A stretch of DNA of 64,000 nt from Faecousia sp. (lineage in GTDB: Bacteria; Bacillota; Clostridia; Oscillospirales; Oscillospiraceae), in assembly GCA_045638225.1 (NCBI GenBank), contig JAZUAW010000056.1, forward strand, positions 8,480 through 72,479, given 5' to 3'. Positions 18,152-28,800 of this stretch are shown here, piece by piece; the first letter of the stretch is position 1, and each line of letters starts with the position of its first letter. The notes beneath the pieces were generated by a model. That model was not told where the DNA came from. It worked only from the letters and a program-made list of their open reading frames with translations, and made no database searches. Both the position numbers and the translations under genes were made by a program.

Positions 18152-19309
18152 ATGTACAATGAAACAATGGATTCTATCCGCAATAACCCCTTCCTGAAGG
18201 ATCTGGAAGAAGCAGTTGCACAGTTTGGAATGTGTGGCATCTTCGCTTGGGAACACCGTTCCGAACAAATCCAGGACAAAGGTTTCTATTTCCTCTGCGG
18301 TTATGATATGCAGTCCGTGGAGGCTGCCGCAGAACAGCTGGAGGACCTGTATGCGCTTCAGCGCAGCAGAAAAAGCATCCGGCTGGATTTGCATATTTGT
18401 AAAGTAACAGACCGTTCTGCGTTCAATGTCCATCAGGAGGTGATGGAATACTGTCTTTGGGCATCAACCATGCGTTTTCTGTTCAACTGGGCAGGCCTGA
18501 AAAACTGTCCACAGCGTATTTCTTTCGTGTTTCTGCAAGTCGTCTTGGCGCTCTATGAGAAATCCCAGTCTTCCAAACTTGGTGAGAAAGAAAAGGCACG
18601 GCAGGAAAAACTTCTAAAGCGCTATCTTCTGCGCCAGGGGGAGAAGGAACGTCTGACCGACGGCGAATACCTTCCGTTGAAAGCACATGAGAAGCCGGAA
18701 AAGATGGGGAAAGACGCACCGAAAAACCGGAAAACACTGCCGGAGCTTTTGTGCCGCTGTATATCCACCGTTAGCAAGACGCTGCCTTACAACGATCTGC
18801 CCAAGGTTTTGGAGGCTCTGGCGAAAAAACTGCATATTCAATACTTTCAGGCAAAACCGGTGGTGCCGAAGGTTTCGATGCACTCTGCATTGCTGCATCG
18901 GACGAAAAAATTTGAAGCCTTTGCTTATGTAACCTTTGTAATCGATTCACGGGACGAAAAGGAGTTTGACCTGATTCTGCTGGACTGTTATCAGCGCACC
19001 AAGAGCACACACTTGCGGAAAAAACGGATCAATCACTGCCGATTTGGTATTCGGCAGGAAGATTTGCCTGCGGTCAACCGGTGCGCAAAAGCCGCAGGTA
19101 TCGTAATAGCACTGGATCGGGAGAATCCGCATTTCAACTACAGGGGACACCTGGCCAATACAGAAAAAGATGGCTACGCCTTTGTCTGCGCCTTAAAGGA
19201 TGTCGATCGGTTGGAACGTGTGCTAGTGGATATAGCAAAGCACAGCAGGGAACGAAGACTCCTTTGCAAGGAGCATCTGGAAAGGGAAGGAGCGTGTGTT
19301 TATGGGTAG
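18152..19309 (+). CDS. Hypothetical basic protein
   Basis: Long ORF with AGGAGG RBS; no motif recognised. Confidence 0.6.
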   Translation: MYNETMDSIRNNPFLKDLEEAVAQFGMCGIFAWEHRSEQIQDKGFYFLCGYDMQSVEAAAEQLEDLYALQRSRKSIRLDLHICKVTDRSAFNVHQEVMEYCLWASTMRFLFNWAGLKNCPQRISFVFLQVVLALYEKSQSSKLGEKEKARQEKLLKRYLLRQGEKERLTDGEYLPLKAHEKPEKMGKDAPKNRKTLPELLCRCISTVSKTLPYNDLPKVLEALAKKLHIQYFQAKPVVPKVSMHSALLHRTKKFEAFAYVTFVIDSRDEKEFDLILLDCYQRTKSTHLRKKRINHCRFGIRQEDLPAVNRCAKAAGIVIALDRENPHFNYRGHLANTEKDGYAFVCALKDVDRLERVLVDIAKHSRERRLLCKEHLEREGACVYG

Positions 19310-19448
19310 TGTATGGGACATTGCGAAAATGGAAGAGGGCACTTTTGTGATGTCGGGTGGCGATGGTGCTGTGTATTCTTCTTGCTGTGTAGACGAAAAT
19401 GTGGGCGAGCATATCTTTTACAATCATTTTGGCATAATTAAGTGCTAT

Positions 19449-19523
19449 GAGGGTATAGCTCAGCTGTGAGAGCGCGTGAATGTCATTCAAGCGGATATGG
19501 GGGTTGATCCCGCTTTCTGCCCA
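19449..19523 (+). pseudogene. Degenerate full-length tRNA-Ala(GGC)-derived pseudogene
   Basis: GGGTATAGCTCAGCTGtGAGAGCGCgTGAATGtCATTCAAG...GATCCCGCTT...CCA; D-loop GG, anticodon (GGC>GTC) and TTCGA are mutated. Confidence 0.65.
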
Positions 19524-19882
19524 AAGAACTGGAATCGAAAGCGTTCAGGTCTTTTTCTTTAGCGTTATTCGTGTTTTTCGGAGTTTTCTGAACTTTCCGG
19601 GAAGTGCGCATTTTAGCAGGAAAAGTCCGATGCCTACAATAGAAATGTTGCTAAAATGGACACAAAAGGCGGTATGCACAACGAAAAGTATCGCCTAAAA
19701 CCTTTGCGGATTACCAACCGGTCTGCGGGCTGGTTCGCAACGGCACCTCTATTGGAATCGTAAACGAAAATCTAAAAAGTTATGGTGAGGGTATGGTAGC
19801 ATTTTTGCAGATGATTGCAAAGCTGTGAACAATGTGTTATAGTATCCGTGAGAAATGATCATTTGTCCGACTGAAAGGAGCA

Positions 19883-22800
19883 ATGAATATGAAGTGGAAC
19901 AAAAAACAGGTGTTGTGCTTGGTGGCGGTGCTGGTGGTTACGGCTATTGCCATCGGCGGTATTGCCCTGTGGCTGCGTGAAAGCAAGTTGCAGCAGCTGC
20001 AGAATGAGGCTTTGGCAGAGCTGGAGCGCAATGTGGGTCGCTACGATGAGCAGAGCATCGTTCTGCGCCAAACCTCCAGAGCCAGAGCGGAGGAACTTGC
20101 AGATCTGTATGGTGCCACGCTGCGCATCACAAAAGATGGCCGCTTTGCCACCTTGACGCTTCCAGAGGGCACTACCATCCGGGATGTGTACGCCAGAGAG
20201 GAAAGCCGCCGGTACATCGGCGAAATGGAAGCGGACTATCAGGTTTCTATCAGCGAGCTGACAGAGACGGAAGAAGATGGCCAAAGACTGCCCCAGCGGC
20301 CCATTTATGGGGCCGGCGATGCGGACTATGCAAAGCAGACCTATCTGGATTATGTGAATCTGGATAGGACCTGGTACAGCTATACCGGCGCAGGCATGAC
20401 GGTTGCGGTTATAGATACCGGTATCGACACAGATCACCCGGAATTTGCCGGTCGCATCAGCGAATATTCCTATAATGCCACAGAAGATAAGATCGTCAAG
20501 GACTACAGTGATTGGTCCCTGATTGAAGATGAGCAGGGCCACGGTACCGCCGTGACCGGTGTGATCGCTGCGTCGATGAACAGCGGCAATGTGGTGGGCA
20601 TCGCGCCGGATGCCCAGATCCTTGTGATCAAGGCAGAGTGCGACGCGTATGGCAGTTTTAGAACATCTGACCTCGTTTTCGGTATCTACTACGCCATCGA
20701 GCGGGATGTCAATGTGATCAATATGTCCTTTGGTACTTATCTCCCCGTCAATCCCTTTGCCGAGGCACTCCAGCTGGCCTATGACAGCGATATCATCTGC
20801 GTGGCAGCTGCTGGCAACGACAATACCGCTACCCGCAGCTGGCCTGCTGCAGACGAGCACGTAATCGCCGTAGGCGCGTTGGATGGCTGGGAGCGGGCTT
20901 ACTACTCCAATGTCGGTGAGAATGTGGATGTCATGGCTCCCGGCACCACCTACACCACCAAAATGGGTGGCGGCTACGGTGATATGACCGGCACTTCGTT
21001 GGCAAGTCCCATTGTTGCCGGTGCTATGGCGCTGCTGGCGCAAAGAAATCCCTATACCAATTTTGAAGAGGTGACTGAGCAGCTCTATGCCGCCTGCTAT
21101 GATCTGGGCCCTCTGGGCCGGGATTGGCACTACGGTTTCGGTGCGCTGGATGTTGGCGCATTGATGCTGGAAGAGCGGGGCAAGATCACCTATGATATGC
21201 TCACAGACGAGTTGGAAAATATAGAGGGCCTGTATATTCAGGGCCACACCCTGCAGCAGCTGCCGGAACCGGAGCGGCTGTATGCCGTGTTCGACGGCTG
21301 GTATTATGACGATACCTTTACCCAGGAGTACAACTACTACACAGATAAATTCTACGGCGAAGAGATCACCCTCTATGCCAAGTGGGTCAATGAAGAGGAC
21401 GGCATCCCTTATACATATGTAATTTTGGATGACGGCACCGTGGAGATCCGCTCCTATACCGGCCACAGAAGATACATTACCATCCCTGAAAAGATCGAGG
21501 GCCGCATCGTCTCCTCCATCGGTGAAATGGCTTTTGCGGGCCAAACCAGATTGCGGGAAGTGACCCTGCCTTCCGGTCTGAAGCATATTGGCATCTATGC
21601 CTTCCAAAACTGTACAAACCTTGTTGGCATCCAGATTCCGGAAAATGTGACCGAGATTGGGGAAGGTGCGTTTGCCGGCAATATTAGACTCTCCACCGTG
21701 GCCTTCACCGGCAACAGCAAGCTGGAAACCATTGGCTATGCTGCATTTTCCGATTGCGGCAGCCTGCAGTGGATCGAGCTGCCGGCTTCTCTGCAAAACG
21801 TCGATGGCGCGGCCTTCAGCGGTACCACCCAATTGTACCATATCGGTGTGCAGCAGGGGAATACTGCCTTCCAATCCAAGGACGGTGTGCTTTTTGACAT
21901 CAGCGGCAGCACCCTGGTGGCCTTCCCGGCAGCATGGGGCAGCAGCTATACCCTGCCTGCGGAAACTACCCGCATTGGTCCCTATGCCTTTGCCTATGCA
22001 AAGATTAAAACCGTGGATCTGTCCAATGTGACCACCATCGGCGATTATGGCTTTGTTTGCGCGGAGCTGGAACGGGTGGATATTCCCGACGGCATGCGGG
22101 AACTGGGAGACCGTGTGTTTATGATGAACGGCAAGCTGTCTGCGGTGACATTCGGCCGTGGCTTGACAGAGATTTCGCCTGAAGCATTCTATGGCTGCGC
22201 AAGCCTCCAACAGGTCACCATTCCCAATAATATTTGCATGCTGGGAACAGGTGCCTTCGGAGCAACCGGGCTGAAAGAGGTGATCTTTGAGGAAAACAGC
22301 AGCTTGACGCTGATTGGCGGCGGTGCATTCATCGGCACCAAGCTGGAGCAGATCGACATTCCTGCTTCTGTTCAGGTGATCGGTGCCATGGCGTTTAAGA
22401 GCACCTCTCTGCAACAGGTCAACTTTGCCCCGGACAGTGTTCTGCAGGATATCGGAGGTGAGGCTTTCCAGGGATGCTGGTCTCTGCAGAGCATCCGGCT
22501 GCCCGAAAGTTTGAAATCCATCGGAGAATCGGCCTTCCAGAGCAGCGGCCTGACAGAAGTCACCATCCCTGCCGGTGTGATCTACCTTGGTGATGGCGCC
22601 TTCTCCCTGTGTTCCAACCTGACGGCTGTTTCCATTGCCGAAGGCAACACCAGCTACCACGATATCGACGGTGTAGTCTATGATCTGAGCAACACCACCA
22701 TCCACATCTATCCTGCCAACAGAGCAGGGGAGAACTATGTGCTGGAAAGCACCACCCAGATCGTGGCGCCTTGGGCTTTTGCAGGCGCTATGAATCTGAC

Positions 22801-25800
22801 GTATGTGCAGTTGCCGGAGAGCTTGACCCAGATCGGTACATATGGCTTCTCCAGCTGTGCACAGCTCGACAATGTTTATATTCCGGATAATGTGGTGCAG
22901 ATCGGCCAGTATGCCTTTGCCTACAGCTGGAATATGTACAATGTGTATTTTAACGAGACTGCCAAGATTTTCCGACTGGGCTTCGGAGCCTTTGCCTATA
23001 GCGGCATCGCAAATTTCCGGGTGCCTGCCAATGTGTCCACCATGGCGCAACAGGTATTTGAAGGCTGCTCTAATTTGTCCAGCATCACCTTTGCTGCCGG
23101 CAGCAAGCTGGAGAGCATCTCGGCTTATATGTTTGACGGCTGCTCCAATCTGTACAGCGTCGTCTTTGAGCCCGGCAGCGCCCTGCAGAGCATTCAGGCC
23201 CACGGCTTTGAGGGCATGGAACAGCTACAGCATGTGGTATTCAACGACGCCAAGATCACAAATATCGATAACTTTGCTTTCCGCTTCTGCAAAAACCTGA
23301 CCGAACTGCAGCTGCCCGAAACGGTTACCAATATTGGCCGCTATGCCTTCTACGGCTGCACAAACCTGTCTGAGCTCCGTATCCCCGCCGCTGTAGAGCA
23401 TATCGGCAGCTACGCATTCCTGAATACCAAGGATATGGAACTGTATTTTGCCGGCGAAGCACTGCCTGCTTATCTGGACGAAAACTGGGACTATGCCACC
23501 AAGGGCTATTACACAGGCGTGGAAACGGTTGAACAAAACGGAGACTATAAGTATGCCATTCTGCCCTCCGGTGCTATTGCGATTCTGCAGTATCTGGGCA
23601 GCGAAACCCATGTGGATCTGACACAGGTGGATCTGGGCGGCCCCATTACCACCATCGGCGGCAGCGCCTTCGAGGACAGCACCGTCAAGACCATTGTGCT
23701 GCCTGAGACCCTGACGGCTATTCAGGCGGAGGCCTTCCGGTATACTGCGCTGGAGGGTGTGCATATCCCCGCAGGCGTTACCTTCATTGGTAGAGAGGCA
23801 TTTGCTTACACGGATATCCAAAGCCTGACCTTTGCCGAAAATGCAAAGATCGCCGTGATTGAGCAGCATGCTTTTGAGGAAACCCGCGGGCTGACCACCG
23901 TCATGCTGCCGGCTTCTGTTACTACCCTTGGCACCGGTGTGTTCCAAGGAAGTGGCCTGCAAAGCGTTATCTTTGCCCCGGGCAGCCAGCTGGCAGAGAT
24001 CCCTCAGCGGGCCTTTGCTGCCACCGAGTTGACGGCAGTGACATTGCCCGACAGTGTAACGCTGGTCAATCACGATGCCTTTGCCAATGTGCAGACCCTC
24101 AAGTCGGTGACCTTCGGCAATAACGATGGCATCCGGCTGATGAGCAACGCCTTCTACAATACGGGTATCAGCAGCCTGCACATTCCTGCCAATGTGACCT
24201 ACATCGGCGAATACTGCTTCGTGGGTCTGCAGCAGCTGACGGCCTTTACCGTCGACGAGAATAACCCCAACTACAAGGCAGAGGACGGTCTGTTGCTGAC
24301 CAAGAACGGCAGAAAACTGATCGCTGTTCCCGCAGGCCGGGAAGGCAGTCTGATCGTGCCGCTGAGCGTTGAAGAGATCGGCTTCGGTGCCTTTGAAGCA
24401 AGCAAGCTCAGCCAGATCCAGTTCCATGGGGATGCCAATATCCTCTCCTTTGGCTACCGTGCCTTCTTCAAAGCAAGCAATATCACCACCATCACCATTC
24501 CCAAGAGCGTGGTGGCCATCGACTATTATGCTTTTGCCTACTGCGAAAGCCTGAAAGAAGTGATCTTTGCCGAAGGCAACCAGCTCAAAGGTATCTACGA
24601 GGGTGCATTCTGCGGCGACCTGAACCTGGAGAGCATCATCCTCCCGGCGGATGTGGTGGAGATCTCCGACTTTGCCTTCTATGGCTGCAGCAAGCTTACT
24701 ACACTGCCCCTTTCTGCGCCCGAGAATCTGAAGGGCATTTATGATTATGCCTTTGCTTACTCCGGTTTGGAAGGTCAGCTGACCATGCCTGAAAATCTGT
24801 ATGACATCGGCAGTTATGCCTTCCTTGGCTGTAAAGTCACCGAAGTCACCGTTTCGGACACCAATAAGAAGGATCTGATCATCGGTATCGGTGCATTTGA
24901 AAATTGCAACCAGCTGACCGAGATTACCCTGCCCTTCATCGGCGCAGAGTATGAAGATGAGTGGAAAACATGGTTCGGCTATATCTTCGGTGCAGGCAGC
25001 TACACAGCCAACAATACTTATGTGCCCAAGAGTCTGAAAACCGTCACCATCACAGAGGGCATCAGCTTCATCGGTTGGGGTGCTTTCAGCGGCTGTACGG
25101 AGCTGGAAGAGATCAATCTGCCTCATAGTGTGTCGGATATTTGCAGCGAGTCCTTCCGGGAGGTTGTGGCCCGGTACGAACTGACCAATACGATTTCGGT
25201 CTATTTGGGTTCCGGTGGATATCGTGAGCCCTATGGGTTCTTTAGCGGTGGAGTAGGTGGAACGGGTCTTTCCGGCCATGTTAAACTGGCAGAGGGTGTG
25301 AAATATGTGAGTCTGGATTGCCCCGGTGTAACAGCTATCACCCTGCCGGAAGGTGTAACGACGGTAGAAATGGCAAATGCTTCCATTACAGAAATCTACC
25401 TGCCGGATTCTGTTGCCGAGTTTAGATTCAATAACCTTCTGAAGCTTCAGAGCGTGCGCCTGCCTGCCACCATGAAAACCATTCCGAGTAGTTCGTTCTT
25501 CGGCTGTGAAAGCCTGCAAAAGGTTGTGTTGCCCGAAGAGTTGGAAGTGATTGGAGGGGGAGCTTTTTCTGGATGTGCCGCGCTGAACAGTGTTGTTCTT
25601 CCGGAAAGCGTGACCACGATTGGTGCATTTGCCTTCAATGGATGCAAGGCGCTTTCCAGCATCCAGTTGCCGAAGAATCTGCAAACCATCGAAGAATATG
25701 CGTTTGCCGATTGTACAAAGCTGTATGAAATTATCAACCACAGCCAGCTTGCTCTGACCTTTGGCGGCGAAGACAACGGACAGGTTGCTTTCAATGCCCG

Positions 25801-28800
25801 GTGGATCATCGACCAGAATGGCAACAAGACTACCCTGATCGAAGGTAGCGACGCGACCTATGTGGATACGGCGGAAGGTTACCGATTCCTGCTGGAGAAC
25901 GGGGAATATTCTCTGGTTGCCTACCTGGGCAGCGAGGAGACCCTGACCCTGCCGCTGGATATTCTGGGCAATCCCTATACCATCCGCCAGTTCCGTGGCG
26001 GCAAGCATATCATCATTCCGGAGGGCATTACTGCCATCGATGATTATGCCTTTGCCGGCCATGGACAGCTGGAAAGCATCGTCATTGCTGACAGCGTGAC
26101 TAAAATCGGAGAATTTGCTTTCTCCCAGTGTGCGAAGCTGCAATCGGTACAGCTGCCGATGGGGCTGACCACCGTTGAAGCTCATCTGTTCTGGGAATGC
26201 ACCAGCTTGCAGGCCGTAGAAATCCCGGCCAATGTGACCGAGATAGGATATGGTGCTTTCATTGACTGTATCGCTTTGCAGCAGGTGACGCTGCCCGATG
26301 GCCTGCAGACCATTGGCGACAATGTTTTCCGTGGTACGGCGGTGACGAGCATAAAGATCCCTGCATCGTTGCGGGATATTGTATCTGGCGCATTCGCCGG
26401 CTGCCCGCTGGAAACCATTGAGGTAGATGCCCGCAACCAAAACTTTGTACAGGTGGACAACATCCTTTACAACAAGGATATGACGGTGATCTACGCAGCT
26501 GCCTATAATATTACCCATGTGGTGATCCCGGCTTCTGTGCAGGATATCGGCTCTGCTTTCTCCGGCTGCACCAAGCTGCATACTGTGGAGTTTGCGGCAG
26601 GCAGCCAACTGACCCAACTTCCTTACAGAGCATTTGCGGATTGTTCTGCTCTGGAGCAGATCATTTGGCCTGACAACCTGCAATCCATTGCTTACGCTGC
26701 CTTCTATGGTTGCAGCGCCCTGAAGACGGTGCGGCTTCCCGATACACTGACCTATTTGGAAAGTGAGGCTTTCTGGAATTGTGCCGGTCTTACGGAGCTG
26801 TATCTTCCTGCCGGCGTGAGCAACTTCTGGCCCGGATCGGTATGGGAATGCAGCAATCTGCAGGCCATTCATGTGGACCCTGCCAATGAGAGCTACTGCA
26901 GCGTGGATGGTGTGGTGTATACCAAGGATATGTCCCAGATTGTGCTGGTTGCCGCAGGTATGACCGGTACGGTCACCATCCCAGAGGGCATCACCCATAT
27001 CAGCGGCTTCGAGTCCTCCAGTGTTACAGAGGTTATTCTGCCGGAAAGCGCGGTCTCCATCGAGCCGTATGCGTTTGACAGATGCAGATCCCTCAAGAAG
27101 ATTTATATCCCCGATTCGGTTACCAGCATCGGTTTTGGTGCGTTCTGGGATTGTGTCGCGTTGGAAGAGGTTCGCTTGCCCTATGGTCTTACCGAGATTG
27201 CTGAATATGCCTTCTATGGCTGCGAAAGCTTGCAGCAGGTAACGATCCCGGATTCTGTCATGGTTGTGCACGACAATGCGTTCCAAAATTGCTACGGGTT
27301 GAAAGACCTCACACTTTCCAAGCAGTTGACAGAAATTGGTGACTATGCGTTCTACAGTTGCAATATACGGTATTTAGACATTCCGGAGGGCGTGGTGTCC
27401 ATCGGCAGCGAGGCCTTTGCCTACTGCGATGATCTGCTGTGGATCACCCTGCCCCAGAGCCTGCAGCACATCGGTCAGGATGCATTCTACTACAATATAA
27501 AGCTGCATGAGATTCGCAACAACGGTGATCTGCCGCTGGTTTGCGGCAGTGACAGCTATGGTGGGGTTGCCCAATATGCGCTGGCCATCGTGGACAAGAA
27601 CGGAAACCGGACCCTGCTGGATCCTGAGAAGCTGTTTGCTGTTATCGAAACAGAGGATGGCTTTGTGTTCACGCAGGAAAACGATGTGTATACCATGATC
27701 GCCTATTGGGGCGAGCAGGAAACTGTGACCCTGCCGCTGACATTCAATGGCAGTCCTTATGAGATGTATGCGGTCGATGGCATCCGCCATGCAATCATAC
27801 CGGAGGGATGGACGGAAGTTCCGACAATGGCCTTCTGGAGTAGCAGTACGCTGGAATATGTCACCATTCCGAATACAGTGACCACCATCTCTCATGGCGC
27901 ATTTGGCTACTGCGTCAATCTCAAAGAGGTGACAATCCCGGATAGCGTGATGATAATCGACAATTCTGCTTTCGACTATTGCCAGTCGCTGGCATCCATC
28001 TCGGTGGGGCCGAATGTTACATTTATCGGCTTCGGTGCGTTCCGGGATACTGCCTTTGCAAAGGATCCTGCCAACTGGTCCGATGGCGCGCTGTATCTGA
28101 ACCGGTATCTGCTGGATGTGGACAAAACACTCTCCAGCTTTACCGTGCGGCCGGATACGCTGACTATCTGTGACAGCGCATTCTTCCAGTGCTATCTGCT
28201 GAAGATACTGGAAACTGGCGTTTGCAAAACGAATGTGCTCCAGGAATGTGTGAATTTGGAGACGCTGATCCTGACCCGCAATAACGGAGAACTGGGCTCG
28301 TTCATTCCCATCACCCTGAAAAATATCGTGCTCACCGAAAGCTTCCTGTGGAATGAAGAATCCAAGTGGCTATTTGAATTTGTTAACGGTGCTACTATCT
28401 TTGTGGAAAGCAAGGATGCCGATCTGCGTTGGGACGTGAACTACCCCAACTGGAACCTGGGTCTGCCCGTAATTTATGGTGACCAGTGGATCTGGGCCAA
28501 CTTCTACGATGCAGATGGACAGCTGATCCAGTCTGCGCCTCAGCGAAATGCGGCGGTTATCCGCCTGCCCTATCTGGCAGAGAAGCCCGGATATGCTTTC
28601 GTGGGCTGGGATTTGGATGGCGACGGTGTTGCCGACAGCGTGCCTGCCACCTCCGCAGTGGATATCTATGCCTATATGCTGATGGAGCGGGTCTGTGAGC
28701 ACAGCTATCAATCTGTGGTCACGGAGCCTACCTGTACAGAGGATGGCAATGCTACCTATACCTGCAGTATCTGTGGCGACAGCTACAGCGAGCGGATCCC

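Noticed and set aside
19449-19523. Functional tRNA-Asp(GTC)
   Set aside because: The body is Ala-derived, and the T-arm and acceptor stem are disrupted.
19560-19830. Intergenic stretch that might be an ncRNA or transposase remnant
   Set aside because: No convincing stems, repeats or recognisable peptide.
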